Origin: an uncultured Veillonellaceae bacterium
Lineage (GTDB): Bacteria > Bacillota > Negativicutes > Selenomonadales > Selenomonadaceae
Direction: 5' to 3'
DNA: 64,000 nt
Assembly: GCA_945949525.1 (NCBI GenBank)
Contig: CAMFES010000002.1
Coordinates: 12,988 to 76,987 of the forward strand
Shown here: positions 9,942 to 18,603 of the stretch, piece by piece
Position numbering within the stretch: the first letter of the stretch is position 1
How the letters are laid out: each line of letters starts with the position of its first letter
The notes under the pieces: generated by a model
Databases searched by the model: none
Seen by the model: only the letters and a program-made list of their open reading frames with translations
Told to the model about the DNA's origin: nothing
Position numbers and translations under genes: made by a program

Positions 9942-11159
9942 TCAAAAGCTGAAAGTATGAAATATGTCATCGAAATTTTCACATTCCTTCACAACTTCCC
10001 ATGCACCGTTTTCTATATCCAGCACAGGGAAATTCGGCAAAATAAACGGAGGCTTCATCACCAGTGAATAAGAACCGCAATTACTAAAAACAACTACATC
10101 ACCCACTGACAAATATCCCTTATAGCCTGTCACTAATACATCTGATTCAATACAGGTATATCCCGTCATCGTCACATCACTATAATATCTGCCATCATTT
10201 CCCATATTAAGAACCTCTATAGGCGGATTAACACCGGACATGCTGATGTTTTTCTGGCTCCCCAGCAAAGTCGCAAAAATCTTGCCGCGGACCTTCTTGA
10301 TACTTTTTACCGTTGCAACGAATTTCATACAATCCCCAACCAAAGCTGAGCCAGGCTCAACTATCAGCTCCGGCTTAAACTCGGTTTTGGCAAACTTTTC
10401 TGCAAACATACCAGCAGCCACCTTGGCATAATCACGATAGCTGGGGATATTGCCTCCTAGTTGCTTCTTCAGGTCTTCAGGCATATTGCCATACATTCCT
10501 CCGCCCAAATCAATTCTATCTGGCACAAAGCCAAGCCTGTCCAGCAAAGCCAGCATCCCCCTTACCCGCGCTGGCCAGTATGCCAGCTGCCTCCTAGCAA
10601 AATGACATTGGAAATTTTTCAGATGCAACACATCAGATTTTTGGATAACATCCATCGCTTCCTCAAAATCACCGCCATCAACATCAAAACCAAACCTTGA
10701 AACAACCCCATCCCCCACATCATAATTGCACCTGATACCAACATTCATTTTTTGCCCGCCATGACGAGCTGCAATTCCTGCCGCAAGCCGCAAATCTTCC
10801 ATTGAATCAAGATTTACAGTCCCACCTGACAACAAAAACCGCTCCATAACATCGCGGCTTTTAACCGGCCCGTTCCAGATTATATTCTCCGACCTGACAC
10901 CAATCCTCTCTGCCAGTTCCAGTTCCATCTCTGAAACAACCTCTGCATATCCCCCCATACTATTCACAAGCTTGCATAGCTTGGGAGTATAATTCGTTTT
11001 ATAGGAGTAGGCTATATTAAAATTTGCATATAAGCTTGAAAACTCACGCATCATATTGGCATAATTCTGCTTAAATAACGCTGAATCCAATATATAAAAA
11101 GCATCGCCATGCTCTTTTTGCAACGCTTTCACTGTTTCTATTGTCAGGCTCATACACAT
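9942..11159 (-). CDS. fold-type III PLP decarboxylase (diaminopimelate/ornithine decarboxylase family)
   Basis: YSYKTN (PLP Lys), SRFG, IDLGGG, EPGSALV, GYTCIESD, GSYS. Confidence 0.88.
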   Translation of the reverse strand: MCMSLTIETVKALQKEHGDAFYILDSALFKQNYANMMREFSSLYANFNIAYSYKTNYTPKLCKLVNSMGGYAEVVSEMELELAERIGVRSENIIWNGPVKSRDVMERFLLSGGTVNLDSMEDLRLAAGIAARHGGQKMNVGIRCNYDVGDGVVSRFGFDVDGGDFEEAMDVIQKSDVLHLKNFQCHFARRQLAYWPARVRGMLALLDRLGFVPDRIDLGGGMYGNMPEDLKKQLGGNIPSYRDYAKVAAGMFAEKFAKTEFKPELIVEPGSALVGDCMKFVATVKSIKKVRGKIFATLLGSQKNISMSGVNPPIEVLNMGNDGRYYSDVTMTGYTCIESDVLVTGYKGYLSVGDVVVFSNCGSYSLVMKPPFILPNFPVLDIENGAWEVVKECENFDDIFHTFSF

Positions 11160-11983
11160 CCGACCTTCTTTCTGTCAGCAATTCTTTCAACACATGATTT
11201 TAATTCTGCCTTGTTCTGCAAATACGCTTCATCCGATAAGCCAGGCAGGCTGGCTTCGAACTCTCGCAGCATCTGCATATTGTCCCGAAAAATGTTTTCT
11301 ACATCCTCTATAGCTGAAACAACAGACGTATTGCAAAAACTCCTGGACAAAATTGCCCGCGTAGACCCCAGACGATAATGCTCCATGATAATTCTTTCTG
11401 CTGGCAAAAGACCTTCTCCCAGCCTCGCAATTCCGCCAAAGCCATAGGGAATGCCTTTCCTGCAAAGCTTGCCACAAATCTTTTCCACAGTCCCATCAGC
11501 CAACAACTCAAACATAAAACTGAGATGATAAGCCAGGTGCAGGTCATTAAGACCGATATGCACCTCATCCACACCGTCAATAGCCAGCACACTGTCCAGG
11601 CACTCCACTGCTTCCTTTGTTTCAAGAAGCAGAATTGTTTTTGCTCTTTTATGGACAGCATCTACGAATTCCTTCACCTCATCAGGCGATTTCCACATAG
11701 GCAACATAACCAGTTCGGCACCTGCCGCTATCACGGAATTGATTTCTTCCATGGAACCATCATGCCAGGGATTTACACGCACAAGCATCTCAGAAGTGGT
11801 AAGATACGGGGCTATCTTGGCAATATCTGACACAGAATGAAATGATTTCACTGTATCCATATTTGGCTGTCTTGCCTCTTTCCCCAATATTTCCAAATCT
11901 ACCCAGATGCGATCCACACCATACTTTTGCGCTATCAGTGCCACAGGCAGGTCATTGGTTATGAACATCAACTTCAGGCTCAT
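11150..11983 (-). CDS. HpcH/HpaI class II aldolase / citrate lyase-like protein
   Basis: IWVDLE, LVRVN, VMLPM, LLETKEA, HIGLNDL motifs. Confidence 0.85.
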   Translation of the reverse strand: MSLKLMFITNDLPVALIAQKYGVDRIWVDLEILGKEARQPNMDTVKSFHSVSDIAKIAPYLTTSEMLVRVNPWHDGSMEEINSVIAAGAELVMLPMWKSPDEVKEFVDAVHKRAKTILLLETKEAVECLDSVLAIDGVDEVHIGLNDLHLAYHLSFMFELLADGTVEKICGKLCRKGIPYGFGGIARLGEGLLPAERIIMEHYRLGSTRAILSRSFCNTSVVSAIEDVENIFRDNMQMLREFEASLPGLSDEAYLQNKAELKSCVERIADRKKVGCV

Positions 11984-11988
11984 ACTTA

Positions 11989-12081
11989 TCAGCTCTTTTC
12001 CTTTACTGTTTGGGATGTTAAATATTTAACTATGTCTTCCCCTGCACTACCATTGCCATACAGGGAATTGGACATCCTCAT
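11989..12081 (-). pseudogene. C-terminal remnant of a UDP-GlcNAc-type 2-epimerase (WbpI/WecB family)
   Basis: Reads ...SLYGNGSAGEDIVKYLTSQTVKEKS*, matching the family terminal YGDGxAxxxIV motif; the stop is 5 nt before the aldolase ATG and the rest of the gene is absent. Confidence 0.6.
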
Positions 12082-12146
12082 TTCTGCAAAAGCAAAATTA
12101 TACAGAACAAATATCAAATTTATTATAAAAATACATTGTTTTTTGC

Positions 12147-12175
12147 TGGACATGTGTTTTGTTTAATGGTATAAT
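12147..12175 (+). promoter_or_regulatory. sigma70/sigmaA-type promoter of the Rpn cassette
   Basis: TGGACA-N17-TATAAT with extended TGn. Confidence 0.7.
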
Positions 12176-12195
12176 GTAAATAAAAACGGCGTTAG

Positions 12196-13014
12196 GTGGT
12201 GACAGCTTTGACTAATCCAATCAACAATCCCCACTGGCAGGAACTAATCGAAGCAATCCAAAAAATGACACTCATGGATGATATTTTCTTCAACAGCTTC
12301 ATGGACAACAACGTTGGAGCCATGGAGTACATCCTCAATATCATCCTGGCACGAACTGACCTGAAGGTTCTGCAAGTCCAGGCCCAGCATGGCGTTCCAA
12401 ATCTCTATGGGCGCAGTGTCCGCTTCGATGTGTTTGCCACAGACCAATACGGTCGCGAATACAACTTTGAAGTGCAAAATGCCAACAGCGGTGCAGACCC
12501 TAAGAGAGCCAGGTATAACAGTGATATGCTTGACCTCAGAAAGCTGAAAGCCGGTGATGACTTTGCACAGTTGCCGGAAACCTATGTGATTTTCATCACA
12601 TCCAATGATATTCTCGGCTACAAATTGCCGATATACCATATAGAAAGATGTATCATGGAGGTCGGCAAAAAGTTCAACGACAGTGCCCATATTATCTATG
12701 TAAACGGCGAAAACACCGATGATACCCCATTAGGACGCCTGATGCGGGACTTTAAACAGCCTGACGCAAGCAAAATGTCATCCAAGCTACTATCTGACAG
12801 AATGAAATACCTAAAATCCACTGATGAGGAGGTAACCAAAATGTGCAACATTGTAGAAGAATATAGCTCCAAAAGATATGCTGACGGAGAGCGTACAGCT
12901 CTATTAAACAGTATAAAAACGCTTATGCAAACTATGCATTTATCAGCTAAAGAAGCTATGGATGCTCTCCGCGTTGACGAAACAAAGCGTAGCCAATACA
13001 TGGCATTGTTATAG
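12196..13014 (+). CDS. Rpn / PD-(D/E)XK nuclease family protein, copy 1
   Basis: TLMDDIFF, RFDVFATD...NFEVQ, RARYN, ETYVIFI, HIIYVNG; the true start may be the in-frame TTG 12208 after AGGTGG. Confidence 0.88.
   Translation: MVTALTNPINNPHWQELIEAIQKMTLMDDIFFNSFMDNNVGAMEYILNIILARTDLKVLQVQAQHGVPNLYGRSVRFDVFATDQYGREYNFEVQNANSGADPKRARYNSDMLDLRKLKAGDDFAQLPETYVIFITSNDILGYKLPIYHIERCIMEVGKKFNDSAHIIYVNGENTDDTPLGRLMRDFKQPDASKMSSKLLSDRMKYLKSTDEEVTKMCNIVEEYSSKRYADGERTALLNSIKTLMQTMHLSAKEAMDALRVDETKRSQYMALL
12841..13014 (+). CDS. putative intragenic small protein (Rpn C-terminal antitoxin), 57 aa
   Basis: In-frame ATG preceded by a strong RBS GAGGAGGTAACCAAA; MCNIVEEY... Confidence 0.7.
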   Translation: MCNIVEEYSSKRYADGERTALLNSIKTLMQTMHLSAKEAMDALRVDETKRSQYMALL

Positions 13015-13039
13015 CACCTGACGCAACGGAGATAAACGA

Positions 13040-13249
13040 ATGAGCAAAATCTTAGAAGAATATGTTGCTAAAAGAATCGCCGAAGCATTTGAAACTAGCA
13101 AATTAGAGGGTAAATTAGAAGGTAGATTTGAAGCAAACATAGATGGCATAAAAGCACTTATGCAAACTCTACATTTTTCAGCTACGGAGGCTATGGATGC
13201 CCTTCGCATTGACGAACGCGACCGGCCAAAATATATGGAGTCGCTGTGA
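13040..13249 (+). CDS. free-standing Rpn C-terminal-domain paralogue 1 (orphan antitoxin candidate)
   Basis: GGAG RBS; MSKILEEY...IKALMQTLHFSATEAMDALRID aligns with the Rpn tails. Confidence 0.8.
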   Translation: MSKILEEYVAKRIAEAFETSKLEGKLEGRFEANIDGIKALMQTLHFSATEAMDALRIDERDRPKYMESL

Positions 13250-13300
13250 CATACAGCAAAATATACAGATATAAATACATAAAATAAAAAATGGCGTTAG

Positions 13301-14179
13301 GTGGTGACAGCTTTGACTACTCCAATCAACAATCCCCACTGGCAGGAACTGATCGAAGCAATCCAAAAAATGACACTCATGGATGATATTTTCTTCAACA
13401 GCTTCATGGACAACAACGTTGGAGCCATGGAGTACATCCTCAATATCATCCTGGCACGAACTGACCTGAAGGTTCTGCAAGTCCAGGCCCAGCATGGCGT
13501 TCCAAATCTCTATGGGCGCAGTGTCCGCTTCGATGTGTTTGCCACAGACCAATACGGTCGCGAATACAACTTTGAAGTGCAAAATGCCAACAGCGGTGCA
13601 GACCCTAAGAGAGCCAGGTATAACAGTGATATGCTTGACCTCAGAAAGCTGAAAGCCGGTGATGACTTTGCACAGTTGCCGGAAACCTATGTGATTTTCA
13701 TCACATCCAATGATATTCTCGGCTACAAATTGCCGATATACCATATAGAAAGATGTATCATGGAGGTCGGCAAAAAGTTCAACGACAGTGCCCATATTAT
13801 CTATGTAAACGGCGAAAACACCGATGACACCCCATTGGGACGCCTGATGCGGGACTTTAAACAGCCTGATGCCAGTAAAATGTCATCAAAACTACTATCT
13901 GACAGAATGAAATACCTGAAATCCACTGACGAGGAGGTAACCAAAATGTGCAACATTGTAGAAGAATATACTGCTAAAAGATATGCTGAAGGTATACAAC
14001 TTGGAGAACGCCGCGGAGAAATCCGTGGAGAACGCAAGGGTATACGCAAAGGTGAACAAAAAACACTGTTAAACAGTATAAAAACGCTTATGCAAACTAT
14101 GCATTTTTCAGCTACGGAGGCTATGGATGCTCTCCGCGTTGACGAAACAAAGCGTAGCCAATACATGGCATTGTTGTAG
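13301..14179 (+). CDS. Rpn / PD-(D/E)XK nuclease family protein, copy 2
   Basis: Nuclease domain matches copy 1 except N7T; tail is 20 aa longer, with GExx repeats. Confidence 0.88.
   Translation: MVTALTTPINNPHWQELIEAIQKMTLMDDIFFNSFMDNNVGAMEYILNIILARTDLKVLQVQAQHGVPNLYGRSVRFDVFATDQYGREYNFEVQNANSGADPKRARYNSDMLDLRKLKAGDDFAQLPETYVIFITSNDILGYKLPIYHIERCIMEVGKKFNDSAHIIYVNGENTDDTPLGRLMRDFKQPDASKMSSKLLSDRMKYLKSTDEEVTKMCNIVEEYTAKRYAEGIQLGERRGEIRGERKGIRKGEQKTLLNSIKTLMQTMHFSATEAMDALRVDETKRSQYMALL
13946..14179 (+). CDS. putative intragenic small protein (Rpn C-terminal antitoxin), 77 aa
   Basis: Same GAGGAGGTAACCAAAATG internal start at the same offset (645 nt) as copy 1. Confidence 0.7.
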   Translation: MCNIVEEYTAKRYAEGIQLGERRGEIRGERKGIRKGEQKTLLNSIKTLMQTMHFSATEAMDALRVDETKRSQYMALL

Positions 14180-14204
14180 CACCTGGCACAACGGAGATAA
14201 ACAA

Positions 14205-14441
14205 ATGAGCAAAATCTTAGAAGAATACGCTGCCAAAAGATACGCTGAAGGTGTACGCTTTGGTGAACAGATATACGAACAGATAGGTAAACACAAAACC
14301 ATGTTGAAATGTATAAAAAACCTAATGCAATCTAAGCAGCTTTCAGTGGTAGAAGCCATGGACGCTCTTTGCATCGATGAAAACGACCGTGCCTACTATC
14401 TAAAACATCTGCAAGTTGCAGATGAACCTGCAAGTAAATAA
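14205..14441 (+). CDS. free-standing Rpn C-terminal-domain paralogue 2 (orphan antitoxin candidate), 78 aa
   Basis: GGAGATAAACAAATG start; MSKILEEYAAKRYAEG...IKNLMQSKQLSVVEAMDALCID. Confidence 0.8.
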   Translation: MSKILEEYAAKRYAEGVRFGEQIYEQIGKHKTMLKCIKNLMQSKQLSVVEAMDALCIDENDRAYYLKHLQVADEPASK

Positions 14442-14450
14442 CTATCTTCC

Positions 14451-14476
14451 ACAGCCGCACTTGTGCGGCTGTTTTT
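14451..14476 (+). terminator. intrinsic terminator of the Rpn cassette
   Basis: ACAGCCGCAC-TT-GTGCGGCTGT followed by a T run. Confidence 0.8.
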
Positions 14477-14536
14477 ATGAGCCATGAGATTTTTCTCTGT
14501 AAATAAGTCTTCTACGGTATTTAAAATAGTTTTTTA

Positions 14537-15631
14537 TTACAATAATTTATACAGTTTGAGCAGCTTTTTCTCCTCCACTACCCAATTGTATTTTTCTTCC
14601 ACGCATTTTCGCCCCGCCAAGCCCATTTTTTTGCACAGATCAGGATTAGCTAGTAACCTTACGCAAGCTTTCCTGACCTCACTGGCATCTGTTGGATTTA
14701 CGCAAATACCGCATCCGCTATCCTCAATGATCTGCTTCCATAGAGTAAAATCTGAAGCGATTACCGGTAATCCTGCCGCCATATATTCATACATTTTTAT
14801 TGGCTGAGAAACTTTATACCTATCCAATGGTTGTAATACCACAAGACCTGCCAAAGCATCGCCATACATACAATTGATCTCATAACGCCCTAATACACCT
14901 AAATATTGCACATATTCATTTTCCGTAATTATGTTTTTAATAGCATCTTCACAGGGACCAGCAAGAACCAACTTAGCTCCAGGCATACCATTTATTGCTT
15001 GCAGCATGACATAAATACCACGAATTTCATCAATACCACCGGCATAACAAATCGTTTGATTTCTATTCCCAAAAGGCTTTTCCTGAAAAACAATATCATC
15101 CAATTTAGGATAATTGTTTATAACCACTACGTTTTTTGCCCTACCGACAAATTTTTCAGCAATTGCCGGAGTTGCCGTTACCACAGCATCAAACTTAGAC
15201 ACAGCGTAACTTTCATAAGCTTTATACATCTTTGACACAATCCATCTGAGAGGTGCCGGAATCCAATATTTCGACATAATCTGCTCAGGCACATCTTCAT
15301 GACTGTCAAATATAACTACCTTCCCCGCTTTTTTTAGCTTGATACCATACGGCAACAATTCCGGATCATGAAAATGATAAACATCACAATCCAGCTCTTT
15401 TGCCCTTTGGTATATTTTCTTTGCGAAACCACCCATGCGCGCCTTGCGACCAACCGGCTTTTCACCACAACCAATAATATGAATTCCCTCACAAATCTTG
15501 CTGTCACCTGCTGCAACCAAATACACATCATATCCAGCATCACTAAGAGAATGACACATCTTCATAAAAATTCTCACATCATTCCAATTATGTGCAGATG
15601 TCATGTGACATACTTTTATTATTTTTCCCAT
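14537..15631 (-). CDS. glycosyltransferase family 4
   Basis: HMTSAH..DVRIF, YHFHDPELL, FDSHED, PIKMYEYMAAGLPVIASDF. Confidence 0.92.
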   Translation of the reverse strand: MGKIIKVCHMTSAHNWNDVRIFMKMCHSLSDAGYDVYLVAAGDSKICEGIHIIGCGEKPVGRKARMGGFAKKIYQRAKELDCDVYHFHDPELLPYGIKLKKAGKVVIFDSHEDVPEQIMSKYWIPAPLRWIVSKMYKAYESYAVSKFDAVVTATPAIAEKFVGRAKNVVVINNYPKLDDIVFQEKPFGNRNQTICYAGGIDEIRGIYVMLQAINGMPGAKLVLAGPCEDAIKNIITENEYVQYLGVLGRYEINCMYGDALAGLVVLQPLDRYKVSQPIKMYEYMAAGLPVIASDFTLWKQIIEDSGCGICVNPTDASEVRKACVRLLANPDLCKKMGLAGRKCVEEKYNWVVEEKKLLKLYKLL

Positions 15632-15650
15632 ACAACACTCACCACATATC

Positions 15651-17435
15651 TTAATTCAAATACTGCTCTTCCCACACTGCTAAGTTATATAACCTCCAAC
15701 GCAAACGCAATGATAACTTGGACATGTCGGGAATATCTGTTACCATTTTCCGTATTAATTCAGAATCATCAACATACTCCTGCATAACTGGCAAATATCG
15801 TTCTAACCATATTTTTTCAGGAGCTTCAAAGCCAAATTTATTTTTTCGCCAGGCAATTGATTCAGGGATAAATCTTTCAGCTAAATGCCGCAAACATTTC
15901 TTAGTCCATCCACCCGCAACTTTCATCTCAAATGGCAAATTTATTGCGTTTTCTACATATACATGATCCACATAAGGACACCTGGCTTCTATCGAAAAAT
16001 GCATCGAATTACGGTCTTCATACTTCAGCAAATGTGGCAACTGACTGTCCGTTATTTCATCAATTTGCAATTTCAACATATCTTTACTCTGTTTCAAATA
16101 TTGACTGCTAGCAATGAAAAGCTTTTCCATATACTCTTGTTTTATAAAATGTAATCTTTTTCTTAATACACATTTTCTTACAGGTAAGCAACCGAAATAC
16201 AAAATATACTTCATCAAATCTAAAATAGTAAGTTTGGAATTTTTACATATTTCTTTATATGCCCTTATAGCACTAACCAACTTTCCCGATTTAAACAAAG
16301 AAAAGATATATGTCACATAATATCTCTCATATCCCAGCAGTGTCTCATCCCCACCTTGCCCATCAAACATTACTTTTATTCCACATTCCCGTGCCTTTTT
16401 CATAACGCAATACTGCATAAAAACAGATGGAGAACCAACAGGTTCTGCCTGACGACGAAGCATTTCCTGATGATATGCTAAAAAATCATTATAACCAGGG
16501 CACACAACGTACCAATCCATACCAGAATACGCTGCCACCTGACGAGCTAACTCACTTTCATCGTTTTCTTTTAATTCCGATTTAGCCGTCACAGCAGATA
16601 ATCTTTGACCACCTTCATTTAATCTGTGCTGAATTGCTCCCGCCAAAGTGGAAGAATCCAATCCTCCAGACAAACAGGAACCTATCTTTACATCACTCCG
16701 CAAGTGTATTAACAAAGTTTCATCCAATACGTCCTCAAGTGATTTTTCTCCATCATGTGAACTAGTATAAGATGCTAAATCATAATATTTTACAATTGAA
16801 AACATCTTTGTATGTAAATCATATTCAATATTGCAACCGCCAGGCAACTGATGGATGTCCTTAAAAAAGCTATCTTTCCCATTATCATCACATCCGACAG
16901 CTAAATATCTCATAACAACATCATAGTTCACTTCTGCTGAAACTCCGGCTGCTAACAATGCAGGTATTTCAGAAGCAAATACAAACATGCCATCATTGCT
17001 AAAGTAATAAAAAGGTTTTATGCCAAATCTATCTCTGCTGAATATAATTTTCTTATTGCTTTTGTCATATAAAGCCAAGGCCCACATGCCACGCAGTTTA
17101 CCAAATATTTCATTTCCCCACTCAGCATATCCATGCAAGATAACCTCTGTATCAGTTCCAGTACAAAAAAAATGACCTTTTTCTTGTAGTTCATTGCGTA
17201 ATTCTATATAGTTAAAAATCTCACCATTAAAAACAATTACATAATTCCCATATAGCATAGGCTGATGCCCCAAGGCTGATAAGTCAAGGATAGACAATCT
17301 CCGATGCCCTAAAAAAATATTATCCTCTTTATATACACCTTCATCATCAGGACCTCTATGGGCTATGCTATCCAACATATCACGCATATTATTTTTAGAG
17401 ATGCTCTTCCCAAGCATACCGCATATTCCACACAT
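15651..17435 (-). CDS. asnB: asparagine synthetase B-like glutamine amidotransferase (glycan amidation, WbpS-like)
   Basis: MCGICG, HRGPD, HRRLSILD, RDRFGIKP, SCLSGGLDSS, DGQGGDE. Confidence 0.93.
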   Translation of the reverse strand: MCGICGMLGKSISKNNMRDMLDSIAHRGPDDEGVYKEDNIFLGHRRLSILDLSALGHQPMLYGNYVIVFNGEIFNYIELRNELQEKGHFFCTGTDTEVILHGYAEWGNEIFGKLRGMWALALYDKSNKKIIFSRDRFGIKPFYYFSNDGMFVFASEIPALLAAGVSAEVNYDVVMRYLAVGCDDNGKDSFFKDIHQLPGGCNIEYDLHTKMFSIVKYYDLASYTSSHDGEKSLEDVLDETLLIHLRSDVKIGSCLSGGLDSSTLAGAIQHRLNEGGQRLSAVTAKSELKENDESELARQVAAYSGMDWYVVCPGYNDFLAYHQEMLRRQAEPVGSPSVFMQYCVMKKARECGIKVMFDGQGGDETLLGYERYYVTYIFSLFKSGKLVSAIRAYKEICKNSKLTILDLMKYILYFGCLPVRKCVLRKRLHFIKQEYMEKLFIASSQYLKQSKDMLKLQIDEITDSQLPHLLKYEDRNSMHFSIEARCPYVDHVYVENAINLPFEMKVAGGWTKKCLRHLAERFIPESIAWRKNKFGFEAPEKIWLERYLPVMQEYVDDSELIRKMVTDIPDMSKLSLRLRWRLYNLAVWEEQYLN

Positions 17436-17442
17436 AATGGAA

Positions 17443-18528
17443 TCATCTCCTAAAAGAATTTTCTATTGATTTTTCATAATATTGTTTCACCATTCCTGCG
17501 ATTTTCACAGGGTTATGCCACGTCTCCACATACTCTAATGAACGCTCTGATATTCGTTGTAAACTAGATCTATTTTCAATAAACATACACAATTCATCAA
17601 ATATTGTATCTTTAGTTACATTGATAATAGTTTTTTTACAATCAATCGCCATATTATCAGGAACTAATTCATAATCCGATTCTCGTATAAAACACATTAC
17701 AGGCTTTCCCATTTTCATAACTTCTACAGCTAATCCTCCATACCAACCAATCAATATTTGATCAATCACTAAATCCGCCTGTGCATATATTGATAAAGCT
17801 TTTTCGTTGGACATATTCTCAACAAGTATGATTTCTACTTCGTCCTGATATTTATCTCTTATCCGCATTAATGCTGGCAAAATATAATCTGAACCTTTAA
17901 TAACTCTATTAGTTGGTGCATGTACAATTCTCAATTTCTTATCTTTTCCTACAGAACAACGTGTTAATTTATCCCAACTACTAATAGTTTTAGGTAAATA
18001 TATTGCCCTTTTAGGCAAGAATCGCAACAAATCAGGTGTTATTGCAAAAATACCATCCGCATAATTATCGAAACACTTTATATTAGCTCTCTTTTTTGCA
18101 TCAGTCTTCGGATTATTACATACCTTACATCTATGGCATGCTGAATATGCACAATTATTCATAACTACATATTTTTGTCTTGCATCACAACCATTATATG
18201 TAACAAATATCCCCCTGCCCCTTTTTTTATAAAACCTCAAATCAGGTAATCCAAAACCATAATTTGTAAAATCTAATATCGTACTACCAAAATTAAAATG
18301 TAATATATCATAGTCTGATTTATACACCTTGTAAAACCAATTAACACATTTCCACAATTTTGATATATTATGATTACACATCTCTAATCCCATATTAAAG
18401 TCATATGAATAATTAAAATTATTGGATTTACGTATCAATACATTACTATCTATTCCTATTTTTCTTTCACCTTGGGCCAATCCCCATCCTTGCCCTCCTA
18501 CCGAGGTAGGTAAATGTAGAACCTTCAT
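17443..18528 (-). CDS. GT-B fold glycosyltransferase
   Basis: IVHAPTNRVIKGS, ADLVIDQILIGWYGGLAVEVMKMGKPV; AGGTG RBS before ATG 18528. Confidence 0.82.
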   Translation of the reverse strand: MKVLHLPTSVGGQGWGLAQGERKIGIDSNVLIRKSNNFNYSYDFNMGLEMCNHNISKLWKCVNWFYKVYKSDYDILHFNFGSTILDFTNYGFGLPDLRFYKKRGRGIFVTYNGCDARQKYVVMNNCAYSACHRCKVCNNPKTDAKKRANIKCFDNYADGIFAITPDLLRFLPKRAIYLPKTISSWDKLTRCSVGKDKKLRIVHAPTNRVIKGSDYILPALMRIRDKYQDEVEIILVENMSNEKALSIYAQADLVIDQILIGWYGGLAVEVMKMGKPVMCFIRESDYELVPDNMAIDCKKTIINVTKDTIFDELCMFIENRSSLQRISERSLEYVETWHNPVKIAGMVKQYYEKSIENSFRR

Positions 18529-18603
18529 TTTATCACCTGTTTTAATACTAGATATAAATATATAAACCCCATATACTTCAATAACAAATTTTCTACATAA
18601 CAA

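Larger units (their letters stand above)
12178..14441 (+). repeat. tandem duplication of the nuclease + small-gene unit (offset 1105 bp at the 5' end)
   Basis: 12247-12722 is identical to 13352-13827; the leaders and the 25-bp spacers before the small genes are near-identical. Confidence 0.95.

Noticed and set aside
12196-14441. Rpn tails as template/variable repeats of a diversity-generating retroelement (four differences in one tract all fall on A in copy 1)
   Set aside because: No reverse transcriptase in the window. Across the duplication the substitutions involve all bases and are mostly synonymous, and indels are present.
12147-14476. Rpn cassette as an active insertion sequence (the family is often labelled transposase)
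   Set aside because: No terminal inverted repeats or target duplication seen and no DDE motif; the PD-(D/E)XK signature fits a nuclease.
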